A stretch of 64,000 bases of DNA from Blasia pusilla (GCA_050084515.1 CM114271.1:33666001-33730000); one strand, 5' to 3'; counted from the first letter of the stretch, positions 14,157 through 26,554 are shown. A program made the numbers and translations. The notes: a model not told the origin generated them from the letters alone.

Positions 14157-14447
14157 CTATGTACATCTGGGACACATCCATCGTCCCTGAGGAACCCTAG
14201 TGAGAGGTGGCGTCAAACATGCCATATGCCACCCTCTTGAACATCCATCACAAACTAGCATAGTGGCTGCACCACGGGCAGAACCACACAACAATGTACT
14301 ATCAATGTCAGGAAGGTGACATGATGCATAGTTACGCACATGGTCCTTCCAAATCATACCATCGCGTCCCTCCAATAAGAGGACATCAGATGGAAAAACC
14401 TCATGCACTCTCAAGATAGTGCGCCTTGCAGTCACATCCAAGGTCAT
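14157..14447 (-). pseudogene. Integrase C-terminal region plus PHD finger
   Basis: ...CGSARGAATMLVCDGCSRGWHMACLTPPLTRVPQGRWMCPRC matches the C4HC3 PHD pattern (first Cys lost). Confidence 0.88.
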
Positions 14448-14480
14448 GGGTACCTTCTGCTGTAAGTAGGCATAGTCTCC

Positions 14481-15420
14481 CTAATGAAACCTCCGGATGG
14501 TAGATCGATAACCACCCCCCTGAATAGTCACATACCTCAACGTATCCCGATGCTGCACAATCGCCAAGTTCTCAAACGCCATAGGCATCACTCTCCAAAA
14601 CAATTCAGCCCTTTGAGAACATGCTCGCATCCATATTTTAGGGTTATCAAGGTTCAAAACCTCACCAACATCTTGACAAATGGCCGCAGGTAAATCCGGC
14701 TCTCGGCCATAAAGTAGCAAGAACGTTGAGAAAGACGCTAAGGATGCCCGCTTGCTGAATCTATATCCCATCGCCAACCAGGGCAACTGGAGGTCCCAAT
14801 CTCCTAGGTGACCTCTCTGCAAGCCATACTTAAGTAATCCTCTCTTCACCGTCTGCACAACCCTCTTTGCTAGTCCATCCGCCTCAGGATGATCTTGCGA
14901 AGTGGTGTAGTGATCGATCAGCGCCTCATCACACAAGGCCTGAAACTTTGTACCCTGGTTTGTCAACACCTCAATTGGTGCACTATAATGACTCAACGCT
15001 CGATCTAGGAAGGCAAATGCTACTCCCTCACTCGCTTTGTCAAGCAATGCAACCAACTCTATCCACTTCGAGAAGTGCTCGACCACCACCAACACATAGC
15101 GACTATGGCCCTCTTTCAAAGGTAAAGGTCCTACAAAATCCAAACTCCATCTATAACCTAAACCCATGATCAGAAGTGGATGAAACTGTGGAGTCGGAGC
15201 ATTGAACAATGCCCGGACCCGATCACAAACTATACACCTAGCAACAAACTACTGAACGTCAGTCTGCAAGCCTCGCCACCAACACTGTACCTGGGGCAAG
15301 CTATATGTCCGCTTCACTCCAAAATGACCCAACAGCTCATGGGCATGACGTACCAAACGTGCTCTCTATGAAGGATGAGGCACTACACGTACTCTACCAT
15401 CCTCCAAAATGTGCAACACA
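14481..15420 (-). pseudogene. Gypsy DDE (rve) integrase
   Basis: WSLDFVGPLP...YVLVVVEHFSKW...EVLTNQGTKF...HPEADGLAKRVVQTVK...DWDLQLPWLAMGYR; upstream H/C zinc-binding remnants. Confidence 0.92.
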
Positions 15421-15739
15421 TGTGTATCCTCCCACCGGAATCGTCTGGCTCGCTGTAGGACTCGATCCCGCTCTCTAGCACCCACTGAACGCTGCCAATA
15501 CGCAGGTACTCCAAGAGAACTTCATCGTCGTGAATATCTCGCCAACAGTTGTCTCCTCACCATCCTCTGGATCTAAGAAGTCTCCATCAGACCTCGCCAT
15601 CAAAGTCTCAGCAATCTGACTCTCCATAGCCAACAAGCTCAAATAGGCTGACGCGTGCCATCTTGGCACCAACTCCTCATCACTCTCTCCATGCCAACGA
15701 GCTCCCATCGCATCTCGCTGACTCGGGCATGGGTTAGGG

Positions 15740-16900
15740 TTCAAACCATCTGCATCCTGGTTGAGCGTCCCAAGTCTATGCACCAACTAGAAGTCATACT
15801 CCTGCAATACAAGAGTCCACCTCCCAAGCTTCCCTGTAAGTTTGTCGGACTCTGTCAACCACTTAAGTGGTTGATGATCAATAATGATAGTAAAGGGATT
15901 GTTGAATAGATAACACCTAAAATATGCGACACAGTGCAGCCAAGCACTCACCCTCATATGAGTTATACTTTGCCTCTGCAGCGTTATTCGAGTGACTAGC
16001 GTAAGCCCTCACGAACTCTCTACCATCATCGTCATGCTGGGTGAGCACGGCTCCAAGCCCCAACATGCTCCAATCGGTTTGCAATTGGAAAAGACGCCCC
16101 CCCCATCGGTCTCCTCAATATGGGCGCAGATGTTAATCTGTCCTTGAGTAGCTGAAATGCTCTCTCCTGGTCAGCAAGGTCAACGACTTCGCAATCGAAT
16201 TGAAACCCTTGAGGTACCATCGATAGAAGGTCACCAATCCCATGAATGCACGAACTTGTCTCACATCTATAGGGCGTGGAATGCGTGAAATAACCTCTAC
16301 CTTTGTCTGCTGCATACCAAGGCCACCTGGGTATATCGTATGACCTAGATACTCAATCCAATCGTTGAAGAACTTACACTTGCCTGGATGTAGCTTTAGC
16401 CCATGTAATTGCAATCGTCGAAACACCTCCTCTAGATGTCGCTCATGCTCCTTAACCATTGAGCTAAAGACTACCATGCCATCAATTTAACACCTAGCAA
16501 AATCTAGACCTGCCAAGATCCTATCCATGACCCTCTGAAACTCAGCCGGGGCATTCCTTAACCCAAATGGTATGAACCGCCACAGGTACAAACAATCCTT
16601 CCCATGAGGATCGATGCCCCAAAATTCCGTCTTCGACATGTCCACCAATCTGATAGGCAGCTGATGGTATCTAGCTCAAAGATCTAACAAGCTGAAGACC
16701 TTTGCATGCCCAATAGCATCAAAGATCTCCTCAAGGGTTGGCTTGTTATACCTATCGGACTTCGTCTGCCGATTGATAGGTCGGTAATCTCCACACATCC
16801 GCTTATCCATCCAATTACCATACACATCCTTCTTGGGGGGCATGATAGTGACATATGCATACTCTCCATGTGACATCTCCACTAGCCTTGCTCAAACCAA
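15740..16900 (-). pseudogene. Gypsy reverse transcriptase and RNase H
   Basis: KRMCGDYRPIN, FSLLDL, IPFGLRNAPAEFQRVMD, degenerate *IDG (YIDD), KCKFF..IEYLGH; RNaseH LQTDWSMLGLGAVLTQ...YNSYEGECLA. Confidence 0.93.
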
Positions 16901-17479
16901 GCTCTGACTCATACTCTGAATTAGAGCATTCTCCATGTCACTGTACCTGTAGGGTTGTTGGAAGATCAGCGTGTCACTCGACAACTCAATGCGGATCTCT
17001 TGACCCTTCAGCATACCCAAATCCTACATACTAAATGCAAAACAACTCCTATAACTCCTAAGGAACATGTGTATCCTGTGCCGCTCTCCTCGTGTCAACT
17101 TAGGGCCCATATTTGGATCCCAAGTCTCCATCGTGACTACGGTAGGACTCTCTGGCGTGGGTGTCAGTGGTTGCTATGGTGCAACCCCCTCTCGGACAAG
17201 AGAACTTGACTGCTCCCCTGCATCCAACTGCAAAATTGGATCTCCCCTACATGAAGTACCCAGAACCACGCTCGATGTTGTGGTTGTCATCTCCTGGCAT
17301 ACCTGCAAAGCATCTCAAGAAGTCCAAGGGTGTCTCTCTTGATCATCCCCGGTGTGTCGATCTCCTCGAGTCTCACCCCTAGCCATTGCCTCAACCGTCT
17401 CGGTAGGCATGGGGCTCACCAACGCAACAGGTGTGATCTGTCGCATCCTCAAACGATGCTACTCAGCTACTCCTAAGAA

Positions 17480-18415
17480 AAAATCCATGTTAAGCAGTTC
17501 AGGTCTATCGCCTAACCCAAGACATGCGTCATGATGCCTCTAATAGTGACGGTACTGCCATCACTCCTGTGGGGAATCCCATCGCTCACTCTCGCTCATT
17601 GGCATTGGGCTCCACCAACTGCTGTACCTGGTCATCCCAAACCAAGCCAGGCCCGACCTCCTTGAATGCATAGGAAGCGGGAAAACTCACCAATGTGGGA
17701 AAGGCTGCTCGTGGCATGCCAATTCTGTTGGCCACAGTCAGCGACGATCGCTCATCGTGCCTAGCTGCCAGTGATCGATGTGCCAAAATAGAATCTACCA
17801 ACAAGGGACGCTCCACTCTTACGTACGCCCTCTGCAAAACCTCATGTGGCACCAAGTTGGTCCACCAAAGATGCGGGCGATGTGCTCTTGAACTTACACT
17901 CGCCGCATCCAACAACATTGCCAAGCCGATCCATGCGTGCATCTGATACGCACTCGTCACCACGCGGGACCTTGAATTGCCCAAAATTGGCACATTCTCG
18001 AGAATGTATGCTAAAGAACAAGACTGATGCTCTTGTAAATGTTGCAAGATCCGCGTCATCTCCCAAAATAACCTAGACCAAGAGTTAGCTAACCCACTAC
18101 CTCGTCCAACACTCGATTGGCCCTAACACGGCCAACCAGCAATGACCAAGTCTATGGTCCCTACCCGCTCAAAGTCCTATGCCCCCAACAATGAAATGTC
18201 GCTCGGTAGGGAACTTCGGTAGCCGTGGATGGCGGACGCAGACAACAAGTTGGGAGATTAGAGGCATAATTGCGCCACATGGTAAAGTGAAGCGCGCCTT
18301 GCAACATTATGAACCTCCACGTACAAGTACTGCTGCACGCGCACTCCTGCCTACAAAACAACATCTAAACCAGTGCCAATCCCTCCAAAGAGATTGAGCA
18401 CGCAAATACCCTCCT
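17480..18415 (-). pseudogene. DNMT3-like C5 cytosine DNA methyltransferase domain within pol
   Basis: Manual translation: motif I VLNLFGGIGTG (18369-18401), YLYVEV, DI, motif IV DLVIAGWPC*G (18123-18152), LFWE, motif VI YILENV, motif VIII LDAASVSSRAHRPHLWWTNL, motifs IX/X ERE*AMGFP...VLG*AIDLNCLTW. Confidence 0.93.
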
Positions 18416-18819
18416 TTGGGATGGATCACAAAATTGAGGTGGTGTCGAAAGGGGTCATAGTAGCACTCGTGGCTACCTCGGTTTCTCTGACCTGTCACGC
18501 TCTGGTGTAAATGTCTCGCTCCATGCAGTCTGCATATGCTAAGCAACTAAGAGTCGAAGCTTCTCAGTCGAGCCCCAAAGCGGCACCTCTCCTCCACGGA
18601 ATGATACAGCTACCATGACACTCCTCTATATATAAATTTCAGGAATGGGAGTGTCCTCTGAGTGGACATATCCCTCAATCAAATCACTAGGCCAAGTGAT
18701 GGCGCTACTAAATGCTGCTAAGGTTTCCATCTCTCCTTGCGGTCGTCCGATCACTCCATCAAACGGGTAATAAGCTAAGGCACCCATTACTAGACTGCCA
18801 TCTTGGTCTATAGGACGCT

Positions 18820-19200
18820 CAATCCTCCCAGTAATCCAGAGAAAACCCCATCGGGTACAACACTACTCCACCAACCAAGACGTCGTAGGACTCTACATCG
18901 ATTACTATCGCCTTAACTTGCACCAGGGACTTATCTGTAGGATATCCTAGGTGAAGTCTCCCCACGACCTCCTATCGGATGAAATACTGTGTGTTACTCG
19001 CTCCACCCAAGGATGTCTGTATGTGTAATGGATAACACTCCACATCGGCTCTCGTCAAGCCCAATCCTCTGAATGCCGATTTCCCCAACATCAGGGGTTA
19101 CGCTCATGAATCCAACAATATGCGTTGAAGACTTAAAACTCTACCTCCTCGACTCACCAAGTGGAAGACCTCGCCTCGATTATCTAGCAACACAATACCA
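18820..19200 (-). pseudogene. Retropepsin-type aspartic protease
   Basis: RILLDS*...PLMLGK and DVESYDVLVG; the second copy keeps RVLLDSGVQPLMLGK. Confidence 0.75.
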
Positions 19201-19779
19201 GGAGCGGCCATGACACACTCTATCGCGGGCCTAGCGGGCATCCTCGCCATCCTAGGAGTCGCAGACTGCCATGAATCTGACGTGGACGGCCCAAGCATAG
19301 GCTCCAAGGGCAGGTCCATCACCTTCTCTGCAATCACCCCTAAGTGTGACGCATGCAGGAACACCAACTCCACGTTCACATAGCGTAGCGGCCACGTAGA
19401 AAACCTCGGCGGGGGTATCTCCCAATGTCACAACATTAGAAGGAGAAAATAAAGGAGCGCGGTACACAACAGTGGCCGCCCCCAACAACGTGCTCAACAC
19501 ATGCTTCTCCTGAGCATCAGCAATAAGAGTCGTTGCACTCGCTTCTCCCATCACCCTCCGTGCTTGCACACCAGCAACATCACCAACTCTCCAGGAACTC
19601 TGATCAATATCCATCAATGGGGTCCTTATTGCCTCATACAACGTGAAAGACTCAGGAAGCTTGGTTTGTTTCTTGGCTTCCCCTTGGTGTGGATCCAACT
19701 CTACGGCTGCTCCACACGTTCCAATTGCGGCGGCCTACATCTAGGCAACCCCGCTCATCCGACCAGGATCCTCCATATC

Positions 19780-20860
19780 TCTAGCTACTCCATATGATGT
19801 CGATGCCACCGATCTGGCATCGAGTAGTAACCTGAGTGCCATAGCGGCAATTTTCTACTGTAGCTGCTATATTTGGCAGCCATCCCAACCTCATGCCCGA
19901 CGTCTCCCTCGATGAATCTAGGTGGTCAAACTCTACCTTCTTCACGGGAACCTCCATCACCCCCTCGAGCAACTCCAGCTCCTCGTCCCCTAATGAGACC
20001 ACCTGGTGCACGACCTCCATGCCCACGTACCCGGACCAGCTTCTCGCTCTGGTGCCCTCTCTGGCCCTTGGTCTAGACGTACTCGGGGTGTAAGCTGAAA
20101 CATCCGACACGTGTGTGACCGTACTTCTGACAATAGTCACACTGATAATCTCCTGGTGCAGCACCATCTCCTCCACCATGTTGAGGCATGCATCCATGAC
20201 CTTGACGGGTGCAATTGTGTTGGTGATGGGCTCCACTGAATGCCCAAAAACCCTAAACCTGGCGGCGGCTGCACCACATATGACGGCGCGGATCTCTATG
20301 GCACAGGCTCTCAATAACTTCCATGTGCTCGTGGTGCCACAATTGTCTCTTGGAATCCACGTTCATGCACTCGTGGTGCAGATACTCGTGCTTGCTCTCG
20401 CCTAGAGCTCATGGTGGCTACGCTCTCCTCCTCCATGTTGCGCTCAATGTTCTCGATAGTCCTAAAAACATCTCTTAACGTGGGTGAGGTGTTCATAAGA
20501 AGCATCCCCCTCCCGCATGTGTGTCCCTAGGGTTTGGTCCAACATCGCGTACCATGACTGGATAGTGTGGGCCTCTGTCACCCCTTGAGTGACGTTAATC
20601 AATCTGCATAAGCGAGTGTAGGCCTCAAGAGGCCTCTCTAGAGTTCCTAGCCCATTGTGAGTCACACCAATTCCTAGACTCCGCAATGAAGTCGCATAAC
20701 TCTATAGCGCCTATAACGCCCAAAAACCTACGCGGTCCTCTACCCCGGTCATCCATCTTGTACTCCCAAGCGGTAGGACCACTAATTGTGATGCACTAAC
20801 ACACTTCTCTATACTCTCCCTCTCGTCTGAAGATGACACAGAAGAAGGTCGAGGTGGTCC
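19780..20860 (-). pseudogene. Gypsy gag, degenerate, with about 370-bp internal deletion relative to copy 2
   Basis: Homologous to 55742-57090; EAYTRLCRLINVTQGVT; CCHC knuckle CDYCQKYGHTRVGC. Confidence 0.8.
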
Positions 20861-21945
20861 CTCATGTGGAGACCCTCGAAACCTCGCGCCACTCTACGTA
20901 AAACCTCTAGAGCTACTGCCGGGTCCACCATCTCGCCTCTCAAAGTCCCAAAATGACACCATGATGACCCTTATACCCCTCTCATGCGATCACTCCCAAC
21001 CTTACGAGTAATCACTCAATCACTCAAACTAACATGCGGCACTAAATCTACACTCTCTCTCACTGAGAAGGGGGTTGTGCAACAACAAGCAGCGTGGTGC
21101 GGCAAATCAACTACTGTCTTATCATCTCATGAACAACATATACTCTCAACAGTGGACACCCCAAACAAGTCTATGTCCCCTAAACCTGTATATCAACGAT
21201 GCTCTTAGCATTTGCACGAAATCCAATATCCCAAAAAACTACCCAATACCTGGAATCCCCTAACACGTACAAGCAAAAGACAAGAATGGGTAACCTGAAC
21301 AAATATCGATCGCTCCTTAGCAACTGTGAACTTCATCTCTAACTTGGTCGTGATGAAAAAATCCTCCAATCAGCAGGTCGTACCCCTATGGTACCAACGA
21401 TGCTCAAATCTCCTCATTGTGCGGTGCGGCACTGGCGTCACGAAACGGCTATAAAATGGCACGAAATTCGATAATTGGGGTGCGGCACTCCGCGGCATAC
21501 TCTCCTCAATCAGAAATACACACGGTCTACACCTTAGTCAAGGAGTAGCTCCGCGATTGAGACGGTGCGATGTCGCCACAAGCGGCACGACACAGAAATC
21601 GGCGACGCGTTGCGGCTACAAGCGTCATGGCACAGTAATCAATCATCGTCAAGCGGCTACCAATCACAACATAGAAGAATGAAATGAAAACTCAAAAACC
21701 ATCAACCCGAGGTCACCTGCCATCAATGGTTGATGACAAAATTGGGATGACGGCGGCGGCCACAACAAAGTACGTGGTGGCGGCTCAAGTCAGAGAATCA
21801 ACGATCGTCGTAGAAGACCGTCCACTCGTGAATGGCGAGTCCCAAGACGGTCGAGCGGCGCTAGGAGGCGGCAGCTGGCGATGGTCGTTGGTGGACCGTT
21901 GTCGTGTCGAGAATCTTTCTTCGAGCAATCGGCCTTCTAGCCGGT

Positions 21946-22532
21946 AGATGCAAAATCGATGCAAGGTGAACTCTCTAATAAGTTCTCCTTTTTCAATACA
22001 AAATTATGATGTACACTCTCCATTCTCTCATGTATCACAAATGGAAATCACTTCTTCGTAACATCGGACCCAAATTCTTAACTATAAAATCCCTATAAAC
22101 TATTTTACGTTTTGTACACACGAGGAAGATAGCACAATTAGTGTTAAACCTTACTTGACCAGGCCTATTGACATCCATGGATCGCTATATAAGGACATAC
22201 AAAGTACAATCCCATGTCCTTCCATATGTGACGATAGGAAGAATCAGGAGTTGGAGATTGCATGACTGGTTCATGAACGCCTCCCAAAGTGATAAACTAA
22301 ATAGCGAGTGAACCAGGTGCCTATCTACAAAGAGTACCTTGACATGGTAAGGATTGAGGAAAGGAAATTCAAAAGTGCTCCATCCCTATCCATGCGATGA
22401 CATTCTCTACTCTCCTCAAGAATGGATTTTGGCGGAGTTATTCTCCCAAGAGGGGTAATCCACTCTCATTGGGAAAGTAACAAGCCAAAACATCCGCTAT
22501 TTCAGTATGACTAAACTCCTCTAAGGTGACAA

Positions 22533-22563
<31 letters not shown>

Positions 22564-23129
22564 CAACACCACACTCTAGAAATCTCTCGAAGGTTAGACT
22601 ATGGTCAAGTTACTCTCCCAAGAGGGTGATCCACTCTCATTGGAAGAGCAAGCAATCCCAAAGCCATACACTCAAGAGAGACGCGAGAGACTGAAGATGT
22701 GGAATAGAAGGTGCTGAACCCTTGAAGGTCCCTCCTCTTTATAAACTCACAAGGGATCCACAAGAGTACGAAATAGAACTTATCTTATCTTGTGCCACAT
22801 GGCTTCCTCTCAAGGCTTAGCCAATCACATTTTGACACAAGTAGATTTCCTCTTATCTCTTCCAAAATATCCTCTTTTACCCACATGATATTTTCCAAAT
22901 TACCCCAACTAACCTAGCCACCAACCAAGATTACTTTTGCTTTTCATTAAAGCAACTACTTTACTTTTATTAAGTCATCTTTTATTTATTACCTCCTTTT
23001 CCTAAAGTTGGGCCCGCATAAAAGAGGCACCATAAAGAGGTTTAAACATAAGAATCTCCTTTTTCTAAGCCAATTTACTTAATACTAATGAAACTCTATC
23101 TAACACTTAATGACGAAGGAGTTTACACA
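21946..23129. mobile_element. Probable solo LTR of an unrelated family nested in the Gypsy 5' region
   Basis: Absent from copy 2; ends ggagtttacaca; contains a (CA)n run, a duplicated ctcccaagag...ccactctcattgg block and a TATA-like site; candidate TSD ccggt/ctggt; left boundary uncertain. Confidence 0.5.
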
Positions 23130-23684
23130 CTGGTTGATTTTACTATACGACACCGTTGAGGGTGAAGATGGATGGCGGACGGAAACAGTGGACTCTAGAT
23201 GGCGACCGTTGACCGTCGAAGATGACTATGACGGCAACAGCCGCCTCCGGTATAGCGGCTAGTTTAGGGTTGAACAATTTTACCCTAAAACTTGCCTGGC
23301 AATGGCAGGTTTGCAAGATCAACCATAACTTTTTGCTCACAGCTTAGAATCGTGCATCGTTTCTTCCACAACGGATAAAATTGGCAGCGCTTCCGTGCTA
23401 ATTTCTTCCACAAAAAACTTCAGACCTTTAAAATCACAAACCAGCAAGCTACTTGGTGCTCTCAAGAGCATTAGAATGGGGAAATCTGCCCCCAAACTTC
23501 ATCTCTAAAGAAATTTGGGTAGCGCTTCCGCGCGCCATTCTTCTACACAAAAAATTGGCAATGGAAAACTGTAAAACAAGTAGCGTTCGCTCTGGTGAGC
23601 ACTCCCATGAGCCGGTGAACAAGGAACATTGTCTCCAACCTACAACAATAGTGAGTAACCAGCGAGCTGCTCCATTGAAGCTCT

Positions 23685-23699
23685 CTCATTCTCTCTTTG
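23685..23699 (-). promoter_or_regulatory. Self-priming primer-binding site
   Basis: Element strand CAAAGAGAGAATGAG directly after A1; complementary to CTCATTCTCTCTTTG inside repeat A (13515-13529; partly deleted at 23854-23866). Confidence 0.75.
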
Positions 23700-24202
23700 T
23701 AAAAGAAGGTCAAATCTCTCTCACAACACCATAGCTCTCACATGTGTGCACTCTCACATGTCTCTCTCAACGTCAAACCAAAACCCATTCTCCTAATGAG
23801 AGGCTTGGGTTACACTCACAAGGCAAGCAACCATAGCTCCTCCGCCTCGTGCCAAGAGAGAATGAGCTCTCAAGCTCTCTCTCCTTGAGGTATACCCTTC
23901 CCCTCTCCCAAGCTCTCTCCATGGTAACCTATGCTCCCAAGTCACATGCGTGGCTCTTGACCTGATGTAAGAGGTCAAGGGCCACTTCCAAAAATAGAAA
24001 TTAGATCAAATACTCAAAATGGTACTTACCCAAAATAGCAAGTTCCTAAATATGGCTCCAAATGAGCCGAAATGAAGGAGAAACCTGCTCTCTCAAGTTT
24101 CTCGGGGCCTCAACAGGTCATCCTTGACCTCTTGAGCATGTCCTTCACTACTCGCGAAGGTGCTCTAGTAGATCTCATTGATCTATCTTAAAAGACGTGA
24201 CG
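23700..24202 (-). repeat. Terminal repeat A1 (element 5' end)
   Basis: Homologous to A2; not followed by B. Confidence 0.9.
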
Positions 24203-24206
24203 GAGA

Positions 24207-25537
24207 GATTCGGAGCTAATGCCCACTTTGGAATTATTCCAAATAAGTAAATCTCACATTGGCTTGGGCATCCCTAACAGCGAGGTTATATGTCACATAG
24301 TTGAAATTCTTCACAATCATTCCTAGGGCATAGATTTTAGTGGCCTTGCTAAAAGGAAGATTCTCAGGCCCTACTATCAACTTTGGTGCTATATATCCAG
24401 CATGATTTTTTTTCATGTTGTCATCATCTATCACGTGAGTTCAAGTTTTTATCAGTCCATATAGCATTTTCCCAATCTCCAACGCTCATGTATGGGTTAG
24501 AGTTGGATCCAAAATGGATGAAAATATTCCTAGCATGGAGGTCGGTATGAAAAATCTCACGCTTGTTGGCAGTCTCCATGGTACCAAGAAGAAAAACCAA
24601 AAATTGGACAACATTTTATGCTTTTTCGAGACATCGGATCTTTTCCAACTCTCCTATATAAACTAGCCCCGTCGTTCTTCAAGGCATGACATGCTTGCAA
24701 CCAATTTTCAAGGTATCCACCATTCCAATATGGATAGATGGTACGCAATGGATCCTTGATCAACCTTCTCACCATGCGAACAACACCGCAATGTAAAATA
24801 CTCGCGAACAACTCCTCACGCATCATCGATTTTCTTGAAAATAATATAGATGATTCCTTATACACATTCATGCAATAGAACATATCTGCACTAAAGCCAA
24901 TGGTTCCGTTGATTTTACAACGGTACACAGTTCAGTGTAAATCGGATCCCACAATATCGCTCGGATCAGCTCCTACTTCTACATTACTGTCAAAAATCCA
25001 TATTACTCCACATAGAACTATGAATGTTTGCCCCACAAAAGTACCATGTCCCTTGAAAAGACATTGAGCATTTCTTAACTACACACTGAATCTTTCTATG
25101 AAAGCCGACTTTGCAACATTCAGCTTCTCATCCTCATATGTCTTGAGATCGATATACGCTCTCTCAAGGTGAATACCTTGTTGGACACAAATTTTAGTTA
25201 GCCTATCGGCCTTTTTGGCATCCTTTTCTTACTTAAATATCTTGGACAATCTGTGTAATTCCAAGGTGTAATCATGGAAACCATCCATACTCTTCAAAAT
25301 GTAGGATCGTCTCTTCTTTAATGAAAGTTGGAAAAACCTATCTCACCATGCCTCTCTTATGGCCATGTTGAAATCATTCTTGGAATTTACTCTTTTCCTC
25401 TTGGCACTATCATTACCCGCTCTCAATGATCTAGCCCCACTAGACATTACCCTTAGATGAAGAAAAAAAAAGGTCTCTTGAAAAAAGGAAAGAAATGTAC
25501 GAATTGACATAAGAAAGTACCGAAAAGATAATGACAT
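24207..25537 (-). pseudogene. Protein kinase pseudogene; its C-terminus continues at about 13140-13222
   Basis: YPYWNGG, catalytic loop IFHTDLHARNIFI, VGDWE (DFG equivalent), GYIAPKL (APE), KATKIYALGMIV (subdomain IX); reads through the TSD as ISSESLSDRKSLEYLI (subdomain XI). Confidence 0.75.
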
Positions 25538-26554
25538 GAGATGCTAAAACAATGGCTTAGAATGTATGGGCATGATGGAACGACGGTCTCGATTTAGGGT
25601 TAATGTTGGGCATTCAGAGGGAATATTTAGATATTGGGCGTGTTTAGATAAGTTTCCTTAATCACCTCCACATTCCTAGCGTGCTAAGGAGAACCAATAA
25701 AACAAATGTAAAACTCGAGTCAATGAATCGGAAATCTCAAAATCACCAAATAAGTTTAGTGACACAAGAGGTTTTGACACTCACAAACACTCACATAATG
25801 TGGAATCAATTGGAGTTTTTTTAGGATGCAATAAGGAGTGCAAATATCCAAGTTGGTCACAAACAAAATCCAACTTAACTACCCCCAAAAGACACCCAAA
25901 AAATTTCCCTAAAATTCCTAATAACCTTGGAAGCCCTTAGCTCTGAAGGCACCAATGAAATTTGGAGCCTGATCCAAAATATGTCATAAAAAAAGGAGAA
26001 AACATGGAAAAATAGGGATAAGTGGGTTAATTAGCTCTTAGTCCCCTCCTTTTAGCCTTTTTGGGGGCCACTTGTGGACCCTTTCCTCATGAGTTTGCGG
26101 GATGCGAGGTACACGTAGGCTTCACGCGAGCTTCAAAGACAGCCATGAGGCCGCTCCCGATTAGAGAGATGACAACGGGCTACATCGGGGGCTACGGCAG
26201 GCCCGTATGTGGGCTATGGCACGGCCACCCTATTCAAGCACACCCCTCGGGCTACATCGCGGGCTTGCAACCCGCGGCCTGCATGCCGGCTCTGGCTGGG
26301 GTTTATGGGCAAACCGGAAGGTTGTAGGTTTTGGTGATAACGATACAACTACAAACCGGACGATAATTTTTGAAATTTTCTTCATTCTGGTCAGCTAAAC
26401 ACATAGAAATACAAAGGTAATCTCCTTGTACCTTTGGTTTTTGGCCAATGATTGAGAAAATGAATCGGTGCCGTGCAAAACTTCCTGCAGGAAGAACGTT
26501 ATTTCTAAATTCTGCTAGCTAGCTATACATGTAACTCGAGTTCTCCCTACAAAT

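Larger units (their letters stand above)
13223..24202 (-). mobile_element. Complete degenerate Ty3/Gypsy retrotransposon carrying a DNMT3-like methyltransferase and a PHD finger, with split direct repeats
   Basis: TSD GAGA (13219-13222 / 24203-24206); termini (C)GTCAC...GCACGACA; gag, PR, DNMT, RT, RH, INT, PHD in Gypsy order; many stops and frameshifts. Confidence 0.93.

Noticed and set aside
13223-24202. DIRS/Ngaro tyrosine-recombinase element
   Set aside because: No tyrosine recombinase motifs seen; it has a DDE integrase, a protease and a 4-bp TSD.
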